Positions 28,139 through 38,886 of a stretch of DNA of 64,000 nt are shown in pieces (position 1 is the stretch's first letter; each line of letters starts with the position of its first letter). A program made the position numbers and the translations under genes. The notes beneath the pieces are model-generated. The model was not told the DNA's origin. It searched no databases and was given only the letters and a program-made list of their open reading frames with translations. This DNA is from an uncultured delta proteobacterium (lineage in GTDB: Bacteria > Desulfobacterota > Syntrophorhabdia > Syntrophorhabdales > WCHB1-27), in contig CAWEPK010000005.1 of the NCBI GenBank assembly GCA_963810935.1, positions 64,001 through 128,000 on the forward strand, given 5' to 3'.

Positions 28139-30123
28139 TGCACGCGAAAGCCCTTCCCGCCCAGTCACTTCTGTTCCAATGGGACTTCTATGAAAGGACC
28201 ATAAGCAACTACTCCGTCATCATACGGATGTTCCAGCATATGGAAACCGAGGAAGACTTCCTGTCCCATATGCCCAGGGTATTCGTCGAGGAGACGCTCT
28301 TCGACGCCTGCCAGCTCGTGCTCCGGGGCAACGGCACACAGGGCTTCTTTGCCGTGGACCGCAAGCTGCAAGGGATCGACTGGGAGGAGCTGGAGCGCGA
28401 AAAAGGCAAGCTTTTCTCTCCGGCCGTGATCCACGACGCCCTAGGTTACGGCACGCTTTACATTTATCCTCTCAAGCGGTCCATACACGTGTTCGGCTAC
28501 CTTATCTTCGGAAAAAAACAGCCTATCACCCTCGAGGCGAACATCATCCGCGATCTGGAGCTGTTGAGCGAGATCATGAACCGCTTCATCCTCCTTAATA
28601 TGCGTATAGACGAGCTTAAGAGCGCGGAGGATGCGAAGGTGCGCACCCTCGACACGCGTCTTGCCACGACCAAGACGCTCCTGGAGAACGTCATAGACCA
28701 ATTCCCCCACGCCATGTTCCTCGTCGACCGGAGTGGGGCGGTCTGCTTCGCCAACATCAACGCGAGACAACGGTTCATGGGGGGCAACGACCCTACAGGC
28801 GAGAAGATCGTAGACGTGCTGCCCGGAATTGAAAAGGGCCTGTTGGAGAAAGACCTCTTCGTCCAGGGAGAGCTGCACCACAGGCAGGGGGACACCTACC
28901 GTATCTATAACCTGGAGAGTTACCCCATAAAGGACGATCACGACGCGATATCCTTCAAGAGCATCGTTCTGAAGGACGTAGCCGACGAAAGGGCCCTCGA
29001 TGAAGAGAACATTTACAAGGACAGGATGGAGAGCATCGGCAAGCTCGCGGGCGGCGTCGCGCATGACTTCAACAACGTGCTGACCGGCATACTGGGCTAC
29101 GCCTCGCTGGTCAAGAAAATGGCGCCCAAGGAGGGCCATCTCGGAAGGTACGCCGAGGTCATTGAGAACTCCGCGAAAAGGGCGGCGAGCCTGACCGAGC
29201 ACCTTCTCAATTTCTCGAGGAGGCAGCGCGCAAAGACGATAGACATGGTCGACCTCAACAGCCTGCTCGGCGACGTGCTGTTCCTCGTCCGGGAGAGCTT
29301 CAGGACGATCAAGGTGGAAAAAGAGTTCGAGGAGCCGCTGCCGCCGGTCAGCGGCGATGCAGGCGAGCTTCAGCACGTCTTCCTCAACCTCTGCGTCAAT
29401 GCGAAAGACGCGATGGGCGAGGGAGGCACGCTCACGATAAGGACCAGCAGGGCCGCCATCGGACGTTCGGTGTACGTCGCGGTGAAGATAGAAGATACGG
29501 GCCCCGGCATCGATGACGCCGTAAGGGCAAAAGTTTTCGAGCCCTATTTTACTACCAAGACGGAAGGGACGAAGCTCGGCATGGGTCTTTACCTGGTGCA
29601 GAAGACGGTCAAAGCCCACAGAGGCTTTATCGAGATGGAAAGCAAAAAGGGCAAGGGGACTATCTTCACCCTCTATTTCCCCGTTGCCGACATTGAAAAA
29701 ACAGTTGACCCCGACCCCGACCCTTTGCCACAGGACGGTCCCGGGAAGAGGACGGTCCTGGTCGTCGATGACGAAGAAGTCGTAAGGGAGCTTCTGACCA
29801 GTTTGCTTGCGAGCGAAGGCTTCAAGGTGCTGAAGGCCGGTAACGGGACAGAAGCCGTCGAGATATTCAAGGGCAAGACGCACTCGATAGACCTCGTGAT
29901 CCTCGATATGATCATGCCGGGCATGAAAGGGGAAGAGGTGCTCAGGAGGCTGCGCCGCCTATCGAAGTCAATCAAGGTCGTCGTATCGAGCGGCTTTATG
30001 AGCGAGGACCAGCGCGACAAGCTTCGGGAATACGGCGTGGACGGCTTCCTCGACAAGCCCTACGGCGACGGCGACGCGATCAGGACCGTCAGGTCGGTGC
30101 TCGCAAACAGCAAGGAAGCCTGA
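28135..30123 (+). CDS. Hybrid sensor histidine kinase/response regulator with PAS-like domain
   Basis: AGGVAHDFNN H-box, NLCVNAKDAM, DTGPG, receiver VVDDE...LDMIMP. Confidence 0.92.
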   Translation: MMHAKALPAQSLLFQWDFYERTISNYSVIIRMFQHMETEEDFLSHMPRVFVEETLFDACQLVLRGNGTQGFFAVDRKLQGIDWEELEREKGKLFSPAVIHDALGYGTLYIYPLKRSIHVFGYLIFGKKQPITLEANIIRDLELLSEIMNRFILLNMRIDELKSAEDAKVRTLDTRLATTKTLLENVIDQFPHAMFLVDRSGAVCFANINARQRFMGGNDPTGEKIVDVLPGIEKGLLEKDLFVQGELHHRQGDTYRIYNLESYPIKDDHDAISFKSIVLKDVADERALDEENIYKDRMESIGKLAGGVAHDFNNVLTGILGYASLVKKMAPKEGHLGRYAEVIENSAKRAASLTEHLLNFSRRQRAKTIDMVDLNSLLGDVLFLVRESFRTIKVEKEFEEPLPPVSGDAGELQHVFLNLCVNAKDAMGEGGTLTIRTSRAAIGRSVYVAVKIEDTGPGIDDAVRAKVFEPYFTTKTEGTKLGMGLYLVQKTVKAHRGFIEMESKKGKGTIFTLYFPVADIEKTVDPDPDPLPQDGPGKRTVLVVDDEEVVRELLTSLLASEGFKVLKAGNGTEAVEIFKGKTHSIDLVILDMIMPGMKGEEVLRRLRRLSKSIKVVVSSGFMSEDQRDKLREYGVDGFLDKPYGDGDAIRTVRSVLANSKEA

Positions 30124-30149
30124 GAAACAGACAACACCTGCGCCTTTTG

Positions 30150-30917
30150 TTATTCCTTCTTATAACCCGCGGCTATCCTTCTTCTCACCTTTTTCCACGA
30201 TGGCGTGACGAGGAAGCTTTCCTCCATGTTTTCAACCATCCGCACGAATTTCTTTAAGGGCGCTGCAAAGGTAAGGGTATCGGGCTGCACGCAGGGGCGC
30301 GCAGATACGTCGAGCATCCCGAGGACGGCCCTCGGCCTGTCTGCGTCTTTTTCGAGCCAGGGATATTGCACGATAGTCGCGCAGCCGGCCCCGAAAGGGG
30401 AGAAGACGGCGTTGGGGTCCGCCTCGTCGAACCCCGCCAGGGTGAAAAGACCGGAGAAGACGTCAGGGGCCGCGAAAAAGATGACCACGTCCGGGTAGTC
30501 CGATTCGAGGAGCTTGTCCCATCGCTTGAAGACGATGTATTTGGCCGGCGCGGTGAATGCGGGTTGTGTCCTCATCACCTCCCTGACGAGCTCAGGTGAT
30601 TTCTTGTACCGTTCCCCCTCCAGCTTCCCCGGTTTTCCGTAAGACAGAAAATATTCGAAGTCCGGCGCAAGATCGCTCGAGAAACCGAGGTACCTTTTAC
30701 CGCCGAAGCAGCCGACGGATTTGACGTCGAATGCCACGTTCTTTCCGCGCCTCACCTTTGCGATGTCCGCGATCAGGCACCTGTGTTCCGCGCCGGGTTT
30801 CGGCATGTCTGCCGCCGGCGGCTTCTCGCCCGTATAGAAAAACGTTATGGGGAGGTCGCTGCCGCCGAAATATTTCTTCCAAAGACGCTCGAATTTTTCC
30901 TTGGTCGGCATATCCAT
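30150..30917 (-). CDS. DUF169-family protein
   Basis: C-x-GGKRYLG, PDVVIFF, FGAGC pattern. Confidence 0.7.
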   Translation of the reverse strand: MDMPTKEKFERLWKKYFGGSDLPITFFYTGEKPPAADMPKPGAEHRCLIADIAKVRRGKNVAFDVKSVGCFGGKRYLGFSSDLAPDFEYFLSYGKPGKLEGERYKKSPELVREVMRTQPAFTAPAKYIVFKRWDKLLESDYPDVVIFFAAPDVFSGLFTLAGFDEADPNAVFSPFGAGCATIVQYPWLEKDADRPRAVLGMLDVSARPCVQPDTLTFAAPLKKFVRMVENMEESFLVTPSWKKVRRRIAAGYKKE

Positions 30918-30952
30918 AATCGATGCCTCCTTTTAATATTAGTACAGTTATT

Positions 30953-31018
30953 GGGGTTCAGCACCCCCTCCACCGGCAAAGCCGGATGGAGCCTCCCCGC
31001 TCGGCGCGGCGCTTCGCT
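30953..31018 (-). repeat. REP-like family B copy 3
   Basis: Reverse complement reads GCGAAGCG...GGGGAGGCTCCA-TCCGGC-TTT-GCCGG-TGGAGGGGGTGCTGAACCCC. Confidence 0.7.
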
Positions 31019-31083
31019 TGCTTTATTATTCCAGAAGAACGGCCCAGCCGCGCGATTGCCGCGTGCTAGACCCTTCCTTCGCT

Positions 31084-31626
31084 TTAGATGCCCCGCTCCG
31101 CCAGCTCCGCGAGCCTGTCCAGGTCTGTGCGTATCGCCTCCGGATCGAACGCGCCGCCGCCCCATTTCCACAGAAGCAGGCCGGGATTGTACCAAAACCC
31201 GAGGGGCCTGGTAATCAGCCTCGCGGGCAGCGGCGTGCCGGCCGAGGTGACGAAAAGGGCGCGGAAGTCCTCGACATCGGATAGTGCAGCCATGGTCTCC
31301 CTCACCGGTGCGTCGAGGAGCCCTACGTCGCCGCCCTGGTAAAACCGGAAATTACCCTTCACGGGGTATTCCAGGAGCAGATACGAGCTGACGGGGCCTT
31401 TCCTCTCATCCCCGAAGACACTATAACGCATGGGCCGGCCGTTGACCTTTCCGGAAAGCAGGAGCGTGCGCACGAAGAACGACACGCGGCAAGCACCCGC
31501 TTCACAGAGCGATGCGGCAACGGCCAGGTATTTTGCGTGATAACGGCGATATTGAAGCCAGGCGCCCGCTGTTATCATGGCAACTATAAAAATAAGAGAG
31601 ACTACTATAATCAGTAACGGACTCAT
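31084..31626 (-). CDS. Hypothetical membrane-anchored protein
   Basis: N-terminal TM helix; coupled to the upstream gene. Confidence 0.7.
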   Translation of the reverse strand: MSPLLIIVVSLIFIVAMITAGAWLQYRRYHAKYLAVAASLCEAGACRVSFFVRTLLLSGKVNGRPMRYSVFGDERKGPVSSYLLLEYPVKGNFRFYQGGDVGLLDAPVRETMAALSDVEDFRALFVTSAGTPLPARLITRPLGFWYNPGLLLWKWGGGAFDPEAIRTDLDRLAELAERGI

Positions 31627-32192
31627 ACCCCGAAGGTTCCTTCCAGGACGACCGCCGCCGTCTCCACATCAAAGATCTTTACCGTGCCTTCCTTCGAATC
31701 GAGAACGCCTGCCGTCTTGCCGTAAGGGCTCGACGGGTTGGGGATCGTGGGCGTCCCCGGGTTTACGATAAGGCCCTTCCCCGCCTTCCTGATGCGCGCT
31801 ATATGGCTGTGGCCGTGCACCAGGACGGCCAGGTCGAACCTGCGTACGAAGTTTTCGAGGTCCTCGTCGCTCTTTCCATCGCCATGTATGACGAGGAGTC
31901 TTCTGCCGTCGATCTGGAGGAAGGCGTAAGGGGACATTATAGGGGTGTTGAGGACAAGCTGGTCCACGTCTGCATCGCAGTTTCCCCTGGCGATCACGAT
32001 CGGTACGGGCAGGCCGTTGATCTCCCCGGCGAGGCCCGATGTATCGTACCCGTCGGCAAGGGGGTTCCTCGGGCCGTGGTAAAGGACGTCGCCTGCGTGG
32101 AGGACCATCTCGACGTCCCTGAAAGGCCCTTCCATCACTTTACGGAAGCCCTTGACCGACCCGTGGGTATCGCTTATAAGACCGATTTTCAT
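31623..32192 (-). CDS. yfcE: YfcE-family metallophosphoesterase
   Basis: SDTHG, GDVLYHGPRN, RGNCD, HGHSH, NPG. Confidence 0.88.
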   Translation of the reverse strand: MKIGLISDTHGSVKGFRKVMEGPFRDVEMVLHAGDVLYHGPRNPLADGYDTSGLAGEINGLPVPIVIARGNCDADVDQLVLNTPIMSPYAFLQIDGRRLLVIHGDGKSDEDLENFVRRFDLAVLVHGHSHIARIRKAGKGLIVNPGTPTIPNPSSPYGKTAGVLDSKEGTVKIFDVETAAVVLEGTFGV

Positions 32193-34056
32193 ACTTTTGT
32201 CCGCCCAGCCCTTTCGGCCAGCGCCCGCTCAGCGCTTCATGACCAGGGCCGAGCCGCCCCTGACCTCCGCAGCGTATCGCTGCGACTTCTTCAGCCTCGG
32301 ATACGAGCCGTTCCGGGTCGTCGACGCAGACGACAAGCGTCCCCTCATGCTTCAGGTACGCCGTGGCCCGCTTGATATACGCCCTGGCCATCTCTTCCGG
32401 GGGGAAGTGCTCGTCCCAGATATAGGCGAGGGCCGGGCGCGCGAATATCAGGTCGAAGCCGTCGTTCAATAGGAACGGGAACTCGACCTCCATGTGGAAG
32501 AAGCGCTTCTTTGCGGCCATCTCCCGCGCAGAAGAATACCAGCCCTGCCTGCGCGCCGCCTGCCAGTGCTCCTCGTCGCCCTCTATGTAATAAACTAGTT
32601 CGGCTATTTCGTTCCATTCAAGGCCGGCGTCGAAGTACGTTGCGGTCGCAAGGTCCATGATCTCCCTAACCCTGCCCAGGGCCGTATTTAGCCGCCCGTT
32701 TATCTCGTCCTTTACCACTGCGTCTTCCTTGATCCTTGCGGAGAGGGTCGAGGAAAGCCGCTCCAGACCCTTGAGCCGCTCAAACACTGCCGTAAGCTCC
32801 TGGACTGCGCCTGCGTGGATGCCCAGCAGAACGTTCCCCAGCCGGTAGGTCGGGCTCGTCTCACCGAAGCGGGACTGCATCGAGTTCTGCAGGACATCCA
32901 GGGAAAAGGGCTGCTTTTCAACGCCATAGAGCACATGGCTGAGGATAAAACGGTAGAGAGGGCGCTCGTTTTCCCATTCGGCAACGAAAGAGCGCTTCTC
33001 CCGGTAAGGCAGGAGGAACGAGAGGTACGATATCGCCTCTACCAGCCGGGCCGCAAGCTCCCCGAACCCCGGCGTCATGTCGAGCATCCTCAAACCCAGC
33101 AGGCGCTCCTTGGTACGTTCTCCCAGGGCGCGAGTGATAATCTCCTCCAGGTTTATCTCCGTCTCGCTGCCTTCCATGAAAAGGTAGCTGAAGATGTCGC
33201 ACTGGTCGTGCTCGCGGAGAGGCGGCGGCGCGCTCCGCAAACCGTTTGTGCCCTGCGTACGGGGGCCTGCGTCGTCCCCGGAAGAGAGCCCGGACCCGGG
33301 AAAAAGCTGCGCGTAAAGGGGGGCGGCCGCGCTGATTGCCCGTTCCTCCCCGTCGCCGTTCATGGCATGGATATCGTTCCGTTTTTCCCTCAGATAGGCG
33401 ATCACCTCCCTCCTCTCTTCTTCGAGGAAGGCGCCCAACGTACCGCCGAGGCCGGCGCAGGAGAATATCCGGGAAAAAAGGTGAAGGGCCGCTTCATCGC
33501 CTTGTGCGACCGCCCGTTCGAGGTCGATCTCGACGATCCGCTTCTCGAAGGCAGACGGCCTCTTCAGAAGCAGCCAGCTCCTCCCGTTCGTTATTATGCT
33601 CCAGGGCGTCCCGGCTTTCTTGGAAAGGTAAAGCGATTGGAACAGGGGTATCCGGTTATCGAGCTCCAGGTAGAAGCCGCCGATGCCCTCCAGCAGGTTC
33701 CTGCCGTACCGTTTTACGAGGAGCACTCCGAGCACCCCCTCGTAATACTGTTTTGTTCCCCAATATGGCGCCCTGCCGGCGCGGTCTTCTTCCGACCTGA
33801 ACAGGGCGAAGTCTGGCGGCGCTATCTTCTCCTCGAAGAATTGCGGCTTCGACTCGAAGACGTAGCCCAGCTCCTTCAGGATGGGCTTCACGAGGTTAAG
33901 CTCCGTCTGGATCTCGCTTGCGCTTGCCCTGCTTTGCTCGAAATTACGTACGATTGTGGAAAGGGCGGAACAGACCTGCGGGTCACGGGGCAGCGCGAGC
34001 AGGCGCTCGGTGAGAGCGCCGGAGAGGAGCGTATTTCTCACAAACTGGGGGACCAT
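32140..34056 (-). CDS. Degenerate type IIG (Eco57I-like) restriction-modification-like protein; true 3' end uncertain
   Basis: PDFALF, WSIITNGRSW, LDMTPGFG, LYGVE, GNVLLG, FFHMEVEFP, GFDLIFARP echo type IIG motifs in the expected order. Confidence 0.6.
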   Translation of the reverse strand: MVPQFVRNTLLSGALTERLLALPRDPQVCSALSTIVRNFEQSRASASEIQTELNLVKPILKELGYVFESKPQFFEEKIAPPDFALFRSEEDRAGRAPYWGTKQYYEGVLGVLLVKRYGRNLLEGIGGFYLELDNRIPLFQSLYLSKKAGTPWSIITNGRSWLLLKRPSAFEKRIVEIDLERAVAQGDEAALHLFSRIFSCAGLGGTLGAFLEEERREVIAYLREKRNDIHAMNGDGEERAISAAAPLYAQLFPGSGLSSGDDAGPRTQGTNGLRSAPPPLREHDQCDIFSYLFMEGSETEINLEEIITRALGERTKERLLGLRMLDMTPGFGELAARLVEAISYLSFLLPYREKRSFVAEWENERPLYRFILSHVLYGVEKQPFSLDVLQNSMQSRFGETSPTYRLGNVLLGIHAGAVQELTAVFERLKGLERLSSTLSARIKEDAVVKDEINGRLNTALGRVREIMDLATATYFDAGLEWNEIAELVYYIEGDEEHWQAARRQGWYSSAREMAAKKRFFHMEVEFPFLLNDGFDLIFARPALAYIWDEHFPPEEMARAYIKRATAYLKHEGTLVVCVDDPERLVSEAEEVAAIRCGGQGRLGPGHEALSGRWPKGLGGQKYENRSYKRYPRVGQGLP

Positions 34057-34278
34057 CTTTTTCCGGAGTCCCTCTTCAGGGGTTGTTGCGCTACCCCGCG
34101 TTGATCCATTCGGCGAGCATCGTGGCATCGTCCGCCTCCAAAAAGGAACGGGACATTACCCATTTCCTTGCGGACCTCCTCGCCACCCACCTCATAATAG
34201 CACAAAAGGGAAGACAGGGGAATGCGGCTCCGGCACGTCGAATACGGCTGCCTGGACGCTATTCACCCGCGCTGCGGC

Positions 34279-35784
34279 TCAAAGCAACGGCGTTTTCCAT
34301 TTATAATGCCTTGGGGTTATACCCTGCGCCACCGACGCGGCGGCCGCAAAACCCGCGATCTCCCCAGTCTGCACGCACCACGGGAAATTCCTCATGACCA
34401 TGAAGATCGTTTCGTAGGCGAATGAAAGGGACGCGCCGGTCAGGAGCAGGTTGTCGACTTTCCGGGGCAGGAAGCAACGGTACGGCACCTCGAAGGTATA
34501 GCTCTTTCCGCAATCCCAATGGAAGCTTTTGGTCATCGGCTTCGTCACTGCGTCGGCGAACCTGCGGCCGCTCAGGGCGTCGTCGAGGGAGAAGACATAT
34601 TCTCCCCTCGGGTGCCTGCCGTCCCTCGTGCCGACGTAATGGCTGATATTCGTGACGAACGCGCCCTTGAAACCGGGTACGTATTTTTTGAGAAAGCGCG
34701 CTTCCGCTTCCACGAACCTGCGCAGCGTCACCTGGGCCCGCTCCATGTCGCCTGTGTTGTCCTCTATATGGAGCGCCCATTCATAAGGCACGTTCTCCCA
34801 GAATATGAAAGTGCCGGGGCCCTCCATGGGACTCATGTCTACCGTCGGGTGGCCTATATAGAGGTCGCCGTAAACGCATTTCCCCTGGAACCTCGGCCTG
34901 TAAAGATTGTCCGGTATGTCCCCGGCTGCGCGGGCGGCGGAGATAAGCTTGCCGAGGTCCGGGTCGTTCCGGCTTTTCTGGTATTGAGCTATTTCCTCAA
35001 AATCGATGCCCGCCATCATCCAGAGCAGCCCTCCCGGGATAGGCCGGCTCTCTTTCGCGGCCGCGACAGCCGAAGGCTGCGGCCCGCCTCCCCTGACGAA
35101 GGGCGCGCCAGCGCGCGACGCCACCTCGGCGGTGCCCGAGCCGTCTACGAAAACCCTCCCTTTTACGGCGAAGACGCCCGATGCGTTCGTGACAACCGCG
35201 GCCTCTATCCTCTTCTCCCCTTTGGGCAGCTCTTTCGTCACGAGATCTACCAGCGTCGTGTTGCAGAAGGTCTTTACGCCCGCCTCATTCAGCATGGCGA
35301 GCATGACACAGGCTCCCCCTTCGGGGTTGAACGTGCTGCGCGAGAGCGCGCTGCCCGGTTTTATGTTCTTGTCATAATGGGATAAAGGGTTGCCGGCAAA
35401 GCCGGGATAGGTCTTTTCCGTAGCGGTATATACATATCCTTCCTTTCCTAACCGCTCCATCAGCTCCGTATGGATGCCGCCGACACCCGGGTTGTACGCG
35501 CCCTGAAGACCCGTTGTGTGCACGCCGCCGGGCACATCGTACCTGTCTATAAGCACCGTTGTTGCGCCTTTTCTGGCCGCAGCCAGGGCTGCCCCGAAGC
35601 CGCCCGGTCCGCCGCCTATTACGACGACGTCCGCTTCCGCTCCCACGGGTATCTCCTCGGCCGGCAGCCTTACGCCACTACGGGCTGAGGCGCCGGCCTC
35701 CCTGCCCGGCAGACCCGATAGGCCGCCTGCGACAATTCCAGCGCCGGCCAGGGCGGATGTCTTCAGGAAATCTCTCCGGTTCAT
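34279..35784 (-). CDS. Tat-exported FAD-dependent oxidoreductase
   Basis: MNRRDFLK twin-arginine signal, DVVVIGGGPGG, FVDGSG, VPYRCFLP. Confidence 0.85.
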   Translation of the reverse strand: MNRRDFLKTSALAGAGIVAGGLSGLPGREAGASARSGVRLPAEEIPVGAEADVVVIGGGPGGFGAALAAARKGATTVLIDRYDVPGGVHTTGLQGAYNPGVGGIHTELMERLGKEGYVYTATEKTYPGFAGNPLSHYDKNIKPGSALSRSTFNPEGGACVMLAMLNEAGVKTFCNTTLVDLVTKELPKGEKRIEAAVVTNASGVFAVKGRVFVDGSGTAEVASRAGAPFVRGGGPQPSAVAAAKESRPIPGGLLWMMAGIDFEEIAQYQKSRNDPDLGKLISAARAAGDIPDNLYRPRFQGKCVYGDLYIGHPTVDMSPMEGPGTFIFWENVPYEWALHIEDNTGDMERAQVTLRRFVEAEARFLKKYVPGFKGAFVTNISHYVGTRDGRHPRGEYVFSLDDALSGRRFADAVTKPMTKSFHWDCGKSYTFEVPYRCFLPRKVDNLLLTGASLSFAYETIFMVMRNFPWCVQTGEIAGFAAAASVAQGITPRHYKWKTPLL

Positions 35785-35946
35785 TTTCACGGTCGGTAAC
35801 CTCCCTTTTTCGCGATTGTCCCGACTCCGGCCGGGCTGTTTTGATTTGAATATAGCATGGCGCATGGTCGTGTCAAGGAAAAACGGGGTGACGGGGGTTG
35901 CGCCTCTCATGTGGCATTGCAGCCATGCACATGTTAAACTAAAATC

Positions 35947-36874
35947 GTGGACGACCTATACGAGGCGGTAATTATCGGCGGAGGGCCGGCGGGGCTGACT
36001 GCGGGCATTTATTTGATGAGGGCCGGCATACGGACGGTCCTTCTCGAAAAACAGCTTACAGGCGGCGCGGCCCTGAACACGGAGCACATCGAGAACTATC
36101 CGGGCTTCCCCGACGGCATATCGGGCGCGGGAGCTGATGCGAAGGATGGCCGACCAGGCCCGAAGGCTCGGCCTGGAGATAAAAGAATTCTCCGAGGCCG
36201 TGGGCTTGGCGCGTAAAAACGGAGTATTCGAGGCGACCGTTGACAATGAGTCGTACCGGTCTCTCGGGGTCATCGCAGCGATGGGGACGGAGCCGGCGAA
36301 GCTTGGCATACCGGGCGAGGAGACCCTCGTCGGCCGAGGCGTCTCTTACTGCGCTACGTGCGACGGCATGTTTTTCCGCGGCCTCGAAGTCGCGGTCATA
36401 GGCGGCGGGGACTCGGCCCTGTCGGAAGCGCTCACCCTGGCCAATATAGCAGCGAAGGTCTACCTGGTGCACAGGCGGGACCGGTTCAGGGGACAGCAGA
36501 TATTGCAGGACCGGGCAGCGAAGAACGGAAAGATCGAGTTCCTGCTCAACAGGGCGCCGTCTGCCATAAACGGCGCAAAGCAGGTCGAGTCGGTCACGCT
36601 GCGCGACACGCTGACGAACGAAACATCGGACCTCAAGGTTAGCGGCGTCTTCATGTACGTGGGCTTACGGCCGCAGACCGCTTTTCTCGGCGGCCTTGCC
36701 GACAGGGACGAGCCGGGGTTCGTGATAACGGGTGAGAACATGGAGACGCGGACACCCGGACTTTTCGCCGCAGGCGACGCGCGGGAAAAGACGCTCAGGC
36801 AGATATCGACCGCGGTCGGTGACGGGGCGCTGGCAGCAGTAAGCCTTGAAAAATACGTGTTGGAGAAAAGGTGA
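35947..36874 (+). CDS. trxB: Thioredoxin-disulfide reductase (apparent frameshift near 36130)
   Basis: [40 protein letters not shown]. Confidence 0.93.
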
Positions 36875-36932
36875 CGTTCGTTGAGGCCGTCCGCGTCAAA
36901 CCGCTGACGGGCGCTGTTGCCGCTGATTTATC

Positions 36933-37487
36933 ATGAAGGCTCTCTTCGCCGCAATATTATTTTTCCTTTTCCTGGCAGCGCAGGCTTCCGCCGCGGGACA
37001 GGGTATCGTTCTATATAAGGTAGGTGAGGGCGGCCAGGAGATGCTGGCGGACCTGGGAAAGGCCTTGGGCTTCAAGGGTTACACGGTCGAGATAATACAG
37101 GGCGAGACCGAGATCGACAAACACGTAGAGAAGGCGGGCAAGATCAACCGGGGCGGCGGCGCCGTGTTGCTTGCCGTTGAGGTGATCCCGTCCGAGAAGA
37201 GCCGCGTCATGGTGGCGGCGGCTACGGAGGCGCCCAAAGGGGAAGGCCGGTTCCTGTCGATCACCGAGATATCGTCCCGCTTCTCGCAGGAATCGGGCAG
37301 GCTTGCGGCCTGCCTCGCCGCACCTTTTGAGACGAAGGTCACGCATCTCCCCCTCTTCCCGCTTCTCGGCGTCAGCATGCCGGGGGTTGCGCTGAGGCTG
37401 GAATTGAAAACCGGCGATAACGACCAGGCCGTATCGAAGATCACGGAAGGAATAGAGAAATATTTTTCAGAAAGGACCGGTAAATGA
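36933..37487 (+). CDS. Exported hypothetical protein
   Basis: Signal peptide ending AQASA; coupled to rph. Confidence 0.7.
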   Translation: MKALFAAILFFLFLAAQASAAGQGIVLYKVGEGGQEMLADLGKALGFKGYTVEIIQGETEIDKHVEKAGKINRGGGAVLLAVEVIPSEKSRVMVAAATEAPKGEGRFLSITEISSRFSQESGRLAACLAAPFETKVTHLPLFPLLGVSMPGVALRLELKTGDNDQAVSKITEGIEKYFSERTGK

Positions 37488-38215
37488 GAAACAACGACAG
37501 ACCGAACGATAAGATACGCGACCTGAAGATAAGCAAAAATTTCCTCAAGTACCCGGATGGGTCGGTGCTCGTGGAGATGGGCGAGACGAAAGTAATATGC
37601 AGCGTCAGCATCGAGGAGAAGGTCCCCCCCTTCCTGAAAAACTCAGGCAAGGGATGGCTGACGGCTGAATATTCGATGCTTCCGCGCGCTACGGCTTCCC
37701 GCAACATGCGCGAATCGGTGACCGGCAGGGTCGGCGGAAGGACCCATGAGATTCAGCGGCTCATAGGCCGCGCCCTGCGCGCAGTGGTGAACCTCAATGT
37801 CATCGGCGAGCGGACCATCTGGGTCGACTGCGATGTGATCCAGGCGGACGGCGGCACCAGGACGGCGAGCATTACCGGCAGCTTCGTGGCCCTCGTCGAG
37901 GCGCTCTGGAGCCTCAAGAAAAGAGGCGTCATCGAAAAGATACCCTTACGCGACTCCGTGGCCGCAGTGAGCGCAGGCATCGTCAACGGGACGGTCCTTC
38001 TGGACCTTGCTTATGTAGAGGACTCGAACGCCGACGTGGACATAAATTTCGTCATGACAGGCAAGGGCGCGCTCATCGAGGTACAGGGCACGGCCGAAAA
38101 GCAGCCCTTCTCGAAAGAGGTCCTTGACGTGATGTACGAATATTCCCTGAAAGGGATACAGGAGATTACCCGCGTCCAGAAGGCTGCCCTCGGCAACCTC
38201 TTCCCTCTGGTCTGA
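37484..38215 (+). CDS. rph: Ribonuclease PH
   Basis: [39 protein letters not shown]. Confidence 0.97.
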   Translation: MRNNDRPNDKIRDLKISKNFLKYPDGSVLVEMGETKVICSVSIEEKVPPFLKNSGKGWLTAEYSMLPRATASRNMRESVTGRVGGRTHEIQRLIGRALRAVVNLNVIGERTIWVDCDVIQADGGTRTASITGSFVALVEALWSLKKRGVIEKIPLRDSVAAVSAGIVNGTVLLDLAYVEDSNADVDINFVMTGKGALIEVQGTAEKQPFSKEVLDVMYEYSLKGIQEITRVQKAALGNLFPLV

Positions 38216-38239
38216 GAGCGGCCCTAAAACGGTGCGGCC

Positions 38240-38815
38240 GTGATCGTCATAGCAACGGGCAACAAGGGAAAGTTCGGGGAGATGTCGCATTACCTGGCAG
38301 GCGCAGGCGAGGGGCTTTTGTCGCTGGCCGACCTCGACGGCTCCGTCACTGTCGACGAGGACCGGCCGACGTACCTCGAGAACGCGTGGAAAAAAGCCAG
38401 GAAGGTCGGCAACCGGTTCGGAATGAAGACCCTCGCCGACGACTCCGGGCTTGAAGTTAAAGCGTTGAACGGCGCGCCGGGCATCCATTCGGCCCGCTAC
38501 GGCGCGACCGACGCGGACCGGGTGGGACGGCTCCTCCGGGAGCTGAAGGACGTGCCGGAGAAAGACAGGGGCGCGGTCTTCAAGGCATACCTCGTCTATT
38601 ACCTGCCCGACGTAGAGCAAACATTCATATTTTACGGCAGCGTCAAAGGCTGCATCGGCTTTGAAGCCAGAGGCGAAAAAGGCTTCGGCTTCGACCCGGT
38701 CTTCATGCTACCGGAAATGGGAAAATCGCTCGCCGAGTTGAACATGGACGAAAAGAACAAGATAAGCCACAGAGGCCAAGCGCTCGCCGCGTTCAGGGCC
38801 TTCATCAATATATAG
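38240..38815 (+). CDS. rdgB: Non-canonical purine NTP pyrophosphatase
   Basis: ATGNKGK, ADDSGL, PGIHSARY, GFGFDP, KNKISHRG. Confidence 0.93.
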   Translation: MIVIATGNKGKFGEMSHYLAGAGEGLLSLADLDGSVTVDEDRPTYLENAWKKARKVGNRFGMKTLADDSGLEVKALNGAPGIHSARYGATDADRVGRLLRELKDVPEKDRGAVFKAYLVYYLPDVEQTFIFYGSVKGCIGFEARGEKGFGFDPVFMLPEMGKSLAELNMDEKNKISHRGQALAAFRAFINI

Positions 38816-38886
38816 TCCCCCTCCTTCCGTATGTGTCCCGGCTGCCTTTTCGCCGACCGCCTTTTGAGTAATTCCATATATTTTGA

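Noticed and set aside
34040..34195. Small gene upstream of the R-M-like ORF
   Set aside because: Only short broken frames; cannot be supported without homology data
36933..37487. N-acetylmuramoyl-L-alanine amidase call based on position before rph
   Set aside because: The Zn-binding His/Glu motifs are not visible; kept as hypothetical
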